Source: Ramazzottius varieornatus (Eukaryota > Animalia > Tardigrada). From it: DNA of 64,000 nt. Each line of letters begins with the position of its first letter. Positions within the stretch are counted from its first letter, which is position 1. This document shows, one piece after another, positions 52,639 through 64,000 of this stretch. The stretch lies in the NCBI GenBank assembly GCA_001949185.1, contig BDGG01000014.1, forward strand, positions 1,271,378-1,335,377. The letters are read 5' to 3'. The notes beneath the pieces were generated by a model. The model was given only the letters and a program-made list of their open reading frames with translations. It did no database searches and had not been told where the DNA came from. The position numbers and the translations under genes were made by a program.

Positions 52639-55600
52639 ATGGTGTTTGAAGGGATCTTGGTGGAAGTGCTCAACACTTTCCTGGGCGACTATATTGAAAA
52701 CCTCGACAAAGACCAGTTGTCGGTCGCAGTATGGAGCGGTGAGACTGTTACAGTATTTCCTGCTTCCCTCACGCATCCTCATTTGCACTCTCTATTGCTT
52801 GCAGGAAATATCGAGCTGCGAGCGCTGAAGCTGAAAGACTCGCTGTTGGATGACTTGAATTACCCCATCAAGACAGCTTTCGGATATCTGGGCAAACTTC
52901 ACGTCGACATCCCGTGGAAGCATCTGTACACCCACCCGATCGTCATTACCATCGAGGATGCACTGCTTCTGGCTGTGCCTAACGACGGTAGTCTGCCTTT
53001 GGCAGAAACGGTCTTTGTCCAGACTGCGACAGCTTGTAGTGACGATACTGTGAATTTTGCAGAAGCTGAGTATGACGCGGAGAAGGCAGCGCAACGTCGT
53101 TGGGAGCAGAAGAAACGGCAGCTGACGCATCTGGAGCTGGTGGGAGGCGAGACGGAGCAGACAGCAGCTGAAGAAGCCAAAGCCAAACAACCTGGTAAGC
53201 TATAGGAATACTTCGGAGCATGACGCTATGAGTTAAATAGCCGCAACAGAGAAAACGTAAGCTAACAAGTATGATAATATAGCAAGACGAAGATTTCTTG
53301 CAGTGAAAGCCGCAACCAAAATGTCATTCAAGGAGAAGCTGATCGCCAAGCTGGTCAATAACATCCAGATCGAACTGAAGAATGTTCACGTTCGATACGA
53401 GGGTCAGTCCAAAGAGAAGAAAGATGCGTTCTGTTTCGGAGCCACACTAGGTGGCCTTCTCTTCAAGGTGGGCAACAGCACCAAGCTAAACAGTGTACAA
53501 TTTTCGAGTGTTCAATTTATATTTTTGACGCTAGACCACGGACGAAAAGTTTAATGTCAAAACGCTCGATGATGCCACACAGCTCATCTACAAGGTAAGG
53601 CCCACTCTTGCCGTATCACTTTCTTCAAACTGATGGGCCTTACACTAGCTTACTTCCTCTCTAGCTGCTCAAACTGGAATACCTGACAGTCTACTGTAGT
53701 CCACGTGAATCGACCCTCTTTTCCACGGAGGAGGACAAGCAGGGTACTCTGGTAAGTCTGTGCTTCCGACTTCTTCCTGCTTCAGCTTAACAGGAGTTGG
53801 CAGTCGTAAGTGTTATGTGGCGGCTGCAGACGGCATTCCAGGATTATTTCATCTCCGCCAAGGAGGATTCTTCTCCAGTGCAAGCCTTCCATGGTTTGTA
53901 AACCCCTTTTTCTTATCAAAGTTGGGTGTTGGTATTCTTCAGTTCCATCTGCATTGTAGTGTTGGAGCCACTGTTCTTCACCTCAAAACTGGCCATGAAT
54001 CCTCGACCAGAAGCTGGCGACTCGGACTTCACTCAGCCCAAAATCACCTTGGATGCTGGCCTGGAAGCTATCAAAGTTCGCCTGTCGCGCAGTCAGGTAC
54101 GTGTATATGTAGTCGTCTTTCTCGTTCCTGTCATGCTAATTAACGGTACTTGATCGGTCTGCAATGACTTGTAGTACGCGGGGATACTGGAGTTTCTCGA
54201 GTCGATGGAGGGATTGAATATGAAGTCGAGATATCGGGGCTTGGTGGCCCCTGACATGCCCATCACCAAGAAGAACGCTTCTGCCTGGTTAGTCAATGTC
54301 CAGGCTGGCCATTGTAGGACAGAAGAGTGGAAGATGGTACTTTGTATGGTTGCAGGTGGCAGCACGCGGTGAATGCCACCCTGGAGGTGGACGTTCGTCC
54401 CCGCTTGCGCCAATGGAGCTGGCAGCACATCAAGCAACACCGAGCTCTCCTCAGGCAGTATTCCGCTGCCTACAGCAAGAAGCTGAGCAGCAGCACGGGA
54501 ACGCTGTCGGCAGCTGACGAGAAGGAGCTGGAGGAGATGGAGAAGCAGCTGGATGTCTTCAACATTCTACTGGCTCGCCATCAGGCCCAGTTCGATGTCA
54601 ACGTGGAAAAGAAGAAGCCGTCGTGGTGGAGCTGGCTGACGGGCAAGAGCGACTCGGACAACGAAGAGTCGGCTGACGAAGGGGACATTCGGGCGCGCTT
54701 AAAGAAGGCCCTTAACGAGGAGGAGAAGCAGAAGCTGCACGCAGCCTTGGGCTACTCGGAAGAGAGTGGCGACACCAACAACCCCAACTTTCCTCCCACC
54801 TACGTGGCCTTTAGGTCAGTTTGTCCCCTTTGTGATGGTGAATAGACCGTAATGAGCAACTTGCTGTCTGTGTATGGGTAGGTTACTGTGGGATTTGGAC
54901 AAGGCCTCGGTCAGCTTGGTCGATGACGGCAAGGATGGGGCACGGATCAACGAAGTGGCTGCCGTCAGCTTAAAGTCTTTCAGTGGCAAGTTTGAACAAC
55001 GACCAACAGCGGACGGGCTGTACCTCAAGACGGAAGTCCGCGATGTCATCGTGACGGGCAAGGCTAACAAGGAGGGCAAGCTGGCCGTCATTGCCAAGCC
55101 CGACGCGCCGGAAGAAGGCCAGGAAGACATTGGCTGGTTGCGGCTGCTGTACGAGTCCAACCCCGTCGACTCGGAAGCCGGCGTTCGCCTCCACCTCTTT
55201 GTCAACCCGGTGCAGATCAAGTATGACGCCGACACGGTTAACGCCATTGTCCAGTTCTTCAAGCCACCCGAGGCTGTGGCGCTGCGCCAGCTGCAAGCTC
55301 AAGCCGTCATGGCCCTCGAATCCCTTCGAGAATCCACCGTGGCCAAGGTAGGGTAATTACACCAGCCTTCCTCATTTTCCACTTGGCACATTTTCTGCTC
55401 TTCTCGTAGGTGCGCGATATCCTGTCGAACCATCGATATACGGACTTTAACGTCGATCTGAAGGTACGCTGCTTCACTGTTTCACCGACGAGCTAGTTAT
55501 ACCCTCTGGTTGTCCTTGCAGGCGCCGTACTTTGTGTTGCTGGAGCATGGCGTGGAAGAGGAGTGGGACGCTTCGTGCTTAGTGGTAGATCTGGGTAGCA

Positions 55601-58600
55601 TTCAACTGGTCAGTCTAAGCAAAGGTGGCAACATCAATCCCGACATTGCCTCGGTGGACGACCTGAAGCAGCAGGCCTACGAAAAGTACCAGCTAGAGCT
55701 CAAGGATCTGCAGATCATCTTTGCTCAGAAGGGCGACGACTGGCAAGCCGCGCGACGAGGCCAGAACAACCAGATCAAGATTCTTCAACCGGTCACGTGT
55801 ACGCTGCAGCTGTGGAACTGCCTCATTCGCAACCATCCCATGCTGCCGCTAGGCATTGTCCTTGGCGAGCTGCCACACATCACCGTCGATATTAGCGAAG
55901 AACGACTGCTGGACCTGCTCAAGCTTCTCCTGACCATTCCGCTACCCGAGACTAATTATACCGGCGACCTCGAGTTCTCTGAAAAGGCCCGCGACATTGT
56001 CAGGTTAGTGTGAAAAATTCGTCCGCTTGTTACTCACCTACATACCCGTTACCCCTAGCGGTCAATTAGCTCGTTGTATGTAGGTGTGTGAAACCTTTTA
56101 TCGACATTGTCATTCACTCATTCACTTGCATACCGGCAGGTACAGTACACAAATGGCTGAACGTATGCAGGTGGCTGAAACTTGCATTGGCGATACGTAT
56201 GTTTCTGTTAACGTTGTCTTGCGTCCTGTCTCAAAATGGTATTTTTTGTGTGTTGCTGCCAGAGAGTATCGTGATATGAAAGTGGTACAAGCGCTGTACG
56301 CCATGAAGCTGCCCGACGACGATCTGGGCGGACAAGACATTACCGTGCTCAGCTTGAAACTGACCATCGAAGAAATGAGCATTTCCATCCTGGACAAGCG
56401 GCTGGGCGACCATCCCATCTGTCGGATCGCTGCCCAGAAGTTCACGCAAGACGTGGCCATGAAGACGTCGGAGATGTCGGCTGTCTCGCGCCTCAATAAC
56501 CTCTTTATCGAGTACAAGCCCAAGCAGACGCAACAGCCCGTCAAACTCATCCAGGTACGCTCACCATCTTCTTCGAGTTAGCCTTATTATTCTCTGTTTG
56601 TCCATTGTGCAGGCCCATCGGGGTAACCAGCAAGAGAAGGAAGAAGTGTTAGGCATGACATTCACTTCTGTCAGCTCCCTGGCGCCCGACTTTGAAACGA
56701 AACATCAATGTAAGATCCTTTCCCTTACTGTCTGTTAACTGACGTGTTAGTGATGACGGGGAAAATGATGATTTTGGCAGGTACACTGTCGCGCTTGGAC
56801 GCGGTCTTTTCCGGCTTGGAGGTCAACGTGGACCAGACGGCACTCTTGGACATTGCCGACTTTATCGATACTCTCCGCAGCGAAGTGACGGCTGTGGTGG
56901 AGGAAACTCGCACGGAAGGGCCGCGACTACTCTCGGCCTACTTTAGGTTCATAGTTTTTACTAGCAAAGTTTGCCGATGCTACCGATGGTCAAGCAAGGC
57001 CTCCAGCAGTGGTTTCTCTTCTGTCTATGGCCAATGAATGGCATTTGCATTACAGTTCTGGCAATACTGAAGAAAGTCAGTTGGGCCTGGATGAGACGGA
57101 CAAGAAGGAGCAGCTGGTACAAGTCCCTACCGACGTGACGGCGACGCCGGCCGATGAGGGCTTTGTAGCGGAAGACAAGTTGGTGCAGTTTGCGCTGCGG
57201 GCTGTTGGTCAAGTTGTCTTGATCACCTTGGCCGATAGTCGAGGCGTTCTCTGTCGTTCAGTCATTGAAGGTAGAGGATAACCTGTCCTTTTCTAGAGGT
57301 ATCTTGTTAAGGCAACTTGTTGTAACGCAGGTTTGGACGTGGGCTTTTCGCAGAAGAAGAGCGCCATGACGGTGGAAGCCAAGCTAAAGGGCATCTCGCT
57401 GGAGAACCCCGACCCCAAGGCCCTCTATCCCATGATCCTTCGCACCACCGTCAGCCAAGAGCTGCTGTATGTCCAAGCCGTCATCCGTCAAGAACCCTTG
57501 GAGATCCAACGGCAGCGCGGTCTCTTTAGTCAAGAGTTTGAAGTGCGGCTGGGCGCCATCGAGTTTGTCTTCCTCAATGTCTTCATCATGGACATTAGCC
57601 GTTATGCCACCCAGCTACAGGGCATCTTTGCCAGGTTGGTTCCCCAATACACAGAGCGAGCCTGACATTATGACAGTGTCAAGTTGGGCAATTTATGCTG
57701 GGATTTTGGTGCAGGTTTTCCGGCGTTGCACAAGCGGCGACAGATAAGACGAAGCAAGCGGCAGTCGATGTCTACGAGGAAGCGGCGCGCATCAAGCTGG
57801 AAGTGGACGTCAAGGCGCCCGTCATCATCCTGCCGCAGCACTCGCAGTCGCCCAACGCCCTCATGTTCGACTTGGGTAGCTTGCGTATTGCCAACGAGAT
57901 TGAGGGGGGCGGCGGCGGCAGCCAGCAGCAAAGCCGAGGCGGCCAGGAAGCGCTGATCGACAACGTGACGCTGTCCATCTCCTCCATCACCTTTGATCGC
58001 ATCCAAGACTACGACCCAGCCAGCGGTCCCAAGCAAACCTTCAATCTCATCCAGCAGCCCCAACCAACCGTCGTTCTCATCAAGCGCAACCTTAACTTCA
58101 AGACGGACAAGAGTCGCTCGGAGATTGAAGCTCAAGCCAAGGTTCCTTCTCTGGAGGTAAGTCCGCTGGCTAGACTGTGCTGCTCTCCCAGTCGATGGTA
58201 CCAGTCCAGTCTTTCTATAGTTTGCTCTGAGCAATGTCGACTACCAAGTCATCATGGACACGCTGACCGACAACTTTGCCGAAGGGGTGGTGGAAGGCGA
58301 GGCGGAAGGAGCTGCCGTCACGCCACCCAACTCGCCACCGCCCAAAGCCGCCCTGTCGGCTGTCAAGGAAGAAGCTGAAGGCGAAAAAAACCTGGAAGAA
58401 CCCTCGTCCAGTAGCATCCAGCCCTTGAAAGAACCTGCACCCTTACTTCCCCGCTCCTCTCTCAGTAAGTGGGCCGAGGATGACTAGATTATCCCGATAG
58501 GGACGACGGTTGTGTCTTTGACTTTAGGCGAAGAGGATGGCGAGTTCAAGGACGCGGTGGAAGACGCCAGCCAGCTGCCAGGCAAGTCGGAGAGGACGGT

Positions 58601-61600
58601 GGTGGACGCCCTGCATCCTCCGCCGTCGCAAGGGCCGCCATCGCCACAAGGCGCCACTATCACGCCGCGCTTCAAGTTGGCCTTTGACCTGGACAGTGTG
58701 CTGGCCTCGCTGTACTGGATCAACCGCCCCAAGAGTCGCAACCGCCCACTACCTACTCCCCCGCTGGACACGGAAAAGTTGGCCATCTTTGAGCTGAGTG
58801 GTCTGCATGTGGACGCTGCCGTCGACGAGGGGCTGGCCCTGACGGGCACCTGCCATCTGGCTGACGTCACGCTGCAAGACTGCCGCGGCAACTACGACAA
58901 GCGCATCAGTCGCCTGCTGTACCTGCGCAATGCCGAGGAAGACCGACACTTGCTGCAAGTCACGGCCAGCGTCCAACACAATGGCAATCAAAATTTTGAG
59001 GTCAAAGTAGCGCCCTTCGAAATTTTGGTTATTGTCGACTTTTTCATCGAAGTCTCAGAGTTCTTCACCATCAAGAATGAGACGGCCGATCAGGAGAACG
59101 CTAAAGACAACAAGGCCACACCGGTATATCCCATAGAAGCAGGCTGGCAGTTTGTGGAGGCGAATCAGGCCATGACTATTGTTGCTTTTAGGGGCAGAAG
59201 ACGCCGCTGAAGGAAAAGGCCATCGCTACGGCACAGGCAGCGCAGAAGGAGCGGGCTAGTTCGGCGGCGGTGGCCGAGAAGGGGCCGACATCGGAGGAGA
59301 GGACCATTGTCATTAGCGTGATGGTGGATAGTCCGACCATCCTGCTGATTGAGGATCCCCATAACCTGGACTCTAAGATGCTGCTGCTGTCGACCAACGT
59401 GCGGCTGAATATGGGCATGGTGGAGGGCAGCCAGTCCTTCCAAGCCTCGGCCGAGAACTTTCGCATGTTCGCCACCCACTACAAGTCACGCTCGGCCAAC
59501 CCACAGCGCATCCTCGATCCCGTCGATGTGGCGCTGCAGTACAAGCACGCTGCCCAGTCGGGCCAACATGTAGGACTGACCGTCACCGACATTGTCATCT
59601 CCATTACACCATCCGGTAACAACAAGAGAGATGGTGGTACTTTGTTCGGCTATTACTTTGGCTAATTTCTGCTCTTTGTTGGACAGTGATCAAGTTGTTG
59701 ACGACAACGATGGCCGGCTTGGGCAACCTCAACTGGTCCGATGAGCTGCCGGAGCACCCCGTCGGTGTCTACATGGACTTGTGGCAGGCCAAGCCCGTCG
59801 ATCAGGACCAGTGGTTCTTGCAGCCGCCGGACGAGAACCAAAGTGACGACAAGATTTTGGTGGCGCTGGAAAAGACAGAAAAGACACCGCCCAAGCAGCT
59901 CTACGAAGGCGACATGGTACCGTCTACTTTCTTTCCACTTGACTTTTCGTCGTTGAGTGCTGTAGTAATTCTTTGAAGTGCTGCAGTTCATGTTCGACTT
60001 GCCGTCGGTGATGGTGGTGGTGGAAGTGGGCGAAGTCAACCGCGTCATTCCGGCTTTCTTGTTGGAGATGCGAGCTTTCGGCACGGTACGCGATTGGACC
60101 ACGCGTCTACAGGCCAAGGGCATCCTCTTTGTCGAACTGGGGTAAGGTAGATGTGAAATGACAGCGTGTCTGCGGGGTAATTAACGGTAAAGACCCATTT
60201 CGTTGCAGGTACTATAATCCGCGCCATGATACCTGGGAACCCGTCATTGAGGTAGGCACAGCCATCTCTGCACCTCTTGTACGGTGAAGGCTTTTCCAAT
60301 GCTTAAAGTGTGTCTGTAGCCCATCGATGACGGAAAAGAGGAACGACCGTGGGAGGTGTCGGTGGAAGTTGTCCGTAACGAGATTAGCATCACGGAGCTG
60401 CGACGTGCGGCTAAACAGGGCATGAACCTACAACGACGCTTCTCGTCAGTATAAACCCCCCCCCCCCCCAGCTCCTCCTGGNNNNNNNNNNNNNNNNNNN
60501 NNNATAACCCCCCCCCCCCCCCAGCTCCTCCTGCAGCATAAAGCCGTTTTCCCTAACCATGACATGTCTTTGGCAGGACGTTAAGCGTGGATACGTTGGC
60601 CAGTCCCGTCTCTTCCGATATCATCCCCGACGCTATGGGCACCGATGTCTTGCAAGGTGCCAAGCAGTCAAGTGCTGGTGTAGGCTAACTTGACCAACCT
60701 ATCAACTTTGTTATAGAGAGCGCGGCGCTGCAAGTGACGCTGAAGGCCACGTCTCCGCTGCAGCTGACAGTGACCAGAACCGGCGTTGAGCTAATTAAGA
60801 ATGCTATCAACAACTTTTTAGAAGCTGTCAACAAGGATATGGAATTGGCCGAGGCCACCTCCAGCGCCCCCTACATACTGCAGAATCATCTGGGCATCGA
60901 TGTCAAGCTACAGGTTTGTCTCTGCTGTAGATGCAATGCATCATGTGTTGGAAGAAAGGCCTCTTCCTCTGCAGGTGGTTTCGCCGCTGCAATTTGGCGA
61001 AGTGGATATGACGACCGATACCGACAGCGATGGTATCATTCAAGTCAAGTCGGGTGCCAGTCGCGAAGTCTTTGTCAGCAGCAAGCTGCGCAAGATTCGC
61101 AAGAATGCCCTCCATCAAAGCACGGTGGAACAGCCCTTGACAGCGCGGCTGATTGTCGCTGGTCGAACATTGGAATTGAGCCTCCTCAAGGCCGAGCGGC
61201 GCTTCTTCTTCATCCAAAACTCGGAGGACGTGCAGCGACCGTATCGCCTTATCGTCGACATTGTAGCCGAAACGTCCTACAAAGTCATCCATCTGCAGAG
61301 CTCCATGACGGTCACCAGCTTCCTTCTCATGCCCATGGAACTTCAAGGTGTGTACCTTTACCCAAACCATCGATAAGTTTTTTAATTCAGGAGACCGGCA
61401 AACAACCTCGTCAGGATCGTTTCTCCAAGTGACGCACGCCTATGGCTAGTCACACCGGGAGCGTGCGCCACATGAGAAACGATCTTGTATTGTGGTGCCA
61501 ACTGGCGCACGCTCTCAGTTAGTAACACTGTAGATGCGCGCCACTTGGGAAAGCACCCTTGTCGAGAATGTTCAGCATCCGTTTGATGAATGTGCCTTGT

Positions 61601-64000
61601 CTTTAGGTGGTTTCGCCTCGGTGGACCACATTGGGGTGGTGGATCCCAACCAGACAGTCTTTATGCCCATCCGTTCGGTGCAGTTTGACGAGAAGGCCGT
61701 GCTGATGTGTCGGCCGGCGCACTCAGACCTGTACCAGCAGTCGGAGAAGATTCCCATTGGGCAGATTCTACGCATGGACTCTGAAGAAAAGTCCTACATC
61801 CTGCAATGCGACCCCATCAAGCTGGGCAAAGATCCCAGCCTGTACTTTATCCTCTTTTGTCGCGTCCTACATCTCAAGTATGAGAATACGCAAAAGTTTA
61901 CCCCCAACTCTGTCGAGTACACAGTCTTCCTGCGCAGTGTTGTCACCATCGCCAACGTAAGTTCCATCATCCTCTTGCCTTATCGACCAGGTGAGCTGAC
62001 TTGACTTCCCTTCCCTTCTGGGGCACTTTTAGGTCTTGCCGTACGACATGACGGCAGGCTACATTGATGCTCAAGAAACGCCGCTCTTCCGTGAAGAAAA
62101 GATGGCGGTGGACGATAGCATCGAGGACAACCATGTGCCCATCGAGACGGGCACTTCGCGCCCACTGTACACGGTCCACCCGGCCAAGCACAAGCTGGTC
62201 CTTCGCCTCAAGAACTACATGGACGTGGACTGGGAAGGCTCCGTCCTGTTGAGCGCCCTCAAGGAGGAGTTTACCCCCATGGTGCTGGCCAGTCGTCCCA
62301 GCAGCCAGCTGGAGCCCAACTCTGCAGCCAACGAGCACGACACAGTCATCCTCGGTAAGTTGGAGAAGGCGACTGGCAAGTCAGCCGTAATGGAGTGAAG
62401 TTGACTGTAATGGTTTTCTTTGCAGGTCTGCGTATGCTGAAGGAAGACGGGACTATGTTCTTGACCGTCTACTCGCCCTTCTGGATGTTGAACAAGACGG
62501 GCCTGGCCTTGGCCTACCGCAAGCCGGAGCGTGAGCATCGGGCCGACTTTGTCCAGCCCTTGCTCTACGCCACCTCCTCCTCCCATCTGCAGGAGAAGCG
62601 CAAGATCTCCATGCGCGCTGTCAACTCGGAATGGTCCAAAAAGTTCAGCCCCGACGCTGTGGGCAGCAACGGCTTGCTGGTCTGCCAAACCAACGACAAC
62701 GAAGGTATATAGAGTAGGCCGCCATCGTGACCACTTTGCCAATTGACCCTTCAGCTTCATCTTTGTCATTAGGGAGAAGAGCCTACGAAATTGGTATGCA
62801 GATCAAGGCCAGCTCGACGGTCATGACCAAGCTGGTCGTCTTTACGCCTTACTACGTCCTCAGTAACGTCTCGGAAAAGGTACAGTATGTGTGTGCCCTC
62901 CTTCTTCTGACTTTGATAGTTGGCCACATTTGCCATAGTGGTACGCCTTGGCTAATATAGGTGGCCATCGAAGTGCGGGAAGACAATGCGGCGGCTACGT
63001 GGATCCTGCTGGAGCCCAAGACGACGCTGCCCTTCTGGCCGCTCTTCAACCAAGTGCATAGTGACAAGGAGGATAAGAAGGACAAGGAGGGTGATGAGGA
63101 AGTGGCTGGTCCCCCGGCCAACCGTCTGGTCTGTCGCGTGGCCGGTACACTGGAAGAGTCGTCAGCTTTTCCCTTCAGTGTCCTGCAGGCCAACCTGCTG
63201 GCGCTGGACAACCACTTTGGCGGTGTCTATGTGGAGACGCAGGTTAGCGAGTGCAACGCCATCACCACCCTCCAGCCCTTCCATCCTGGCCGCCAAAGCA
63301 ACAAGCTCATCAACTTGTCACGCTACCCCGTCTATTTCCGCCAGAAGGGCGACCCCCAATATCACGGTACAAAGCAGGGCCTTGCAGTATCTCTCGATAT
63401 AGCAAGATTAAGAGGTGGGACTGTAATTACAGGCTTGAATGGCAACATGGAGCGCATGTTCACCTACCCGCTACCCTTTGCCGAGAAGAAGCTAGAGTGG
63501 TTCCTGCTGGACGACCATGAGCACCTCAACGAGACAGAGCTGGATCAGGATGACTCGGGGCTGGTCAATGTGGAGAAGGAGACGGTCTACTGGGTGTCCT
63601 TCTATCATGAGAACCAACGGACGCTGCTCTTTACCCAGGAGGTGGAGATGGCGCTGAGGGTGCAGCAGGCGGTGGAGCTGGAGCCCACTTCCTTGGAGCT
63701 GCTGGCTTCCATCGAGAGTATCGGCCTGTCGCTGGTCAACAACCTCTCCAAGCATGAAGTCCTCTACGCCGGCATCGTCAGCGGCGGACCAACCTGGCAG
63801 TGGCGCAAGCTGACGGCCAACAGCAAACGCTTCCACACCTTCAAGGTAATAAGAAGCCTTTTGCACTGTACCCTGCTGTGACAGTCCTGGCCAGTTGCGC
63901 TTTCATTCTTGACACAGGGTAAGGAGGCGCGGCTGTTGGAGATGACCTTTCAAAAGTACAAGGCCAATGTCGAGGCTGAACTGCATGTCGATGGCTTGAC
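52639..64000 (+). CDS. VPS13: VPS13 (A/C-type) bridge-like lipid transfer protein, multi-exon, 3' end outside the window
   Basis: Chorein-N MVFEGILVEVLNTFLGDYIENLD...IPWKHL, LVNNIQIELKNVHVRYE, repeated APxxxxP/DLG units, YYNP...WEPVIEP, VAB-region YSPFWMLNKTGL and FTPYYVLSN, VYWVSF and IGLSLVNN. Confidence 0.95.
60451..60533. other. 22-N gap (60482-60503) flanked by a duplicated ataa(c)n-agctcctcctg; probable assembly artefact in a VPS13 intron
   Basis: Nearly identical 30-bp poly-C sequence on both sides of the gap. Confidence 0.85.

Noticed and set aside
60451-60533. Poly-C direct repeat as a biological element
   Set aside because: It flanks a small gap, typical of an unmerged contig overlap.
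52792-63866. Many antisense and alternative-frame ORFs over VPS13 (also over fem-1 and the GPCR)
   Set aside because: Shadow ORFs expected from GC3-rich codon usage; no independent motifs.

Overview
Eukaryotic (animal, protostome-like) genomic DNA from a compact genome with many short GT-AG introns, mostly about 55-90 nt. The style is compatible with a tardigrade-type compact genome, but that is an unverified inference. Gene order: a disordered PPxY/PSAP-motif ORF (-); a frameshifted and an intact MS4A/CD20-like tetraspan gene (-), interleaved with copies of a Tc1/mariner-type MITE; TMEM62 (+); a LAMMER kinase Doa/CLK with a very long low-complexity N-terminus (+); three tandem orphan secreted Tyr/Gly/Ser-rich genes (-); another MITE copy; myosin essential light chain (+); an apparent ORF-less bidirectional locus; one Iroquois homeobox gene (-) with an 11-kb upstream desert; a 5-HT1-type GPCR (-); fem-1 (-) head-to-head with VPS13 (+, running off the window). 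There are two assembly gaps. I found no prokaryotic-type system, CRISPR array, rRNA or tRNA. Best leads: the orphan secreted-protein cluster, a possible lipid-anchored (MGCVAS-start) CLK isoform, the MITE family boxing the MS4A-like gene, and a MEF2/SRF/E-box intronic muscle enhancer. All gene models were spliced by hand and need RNA-seq confirmation.
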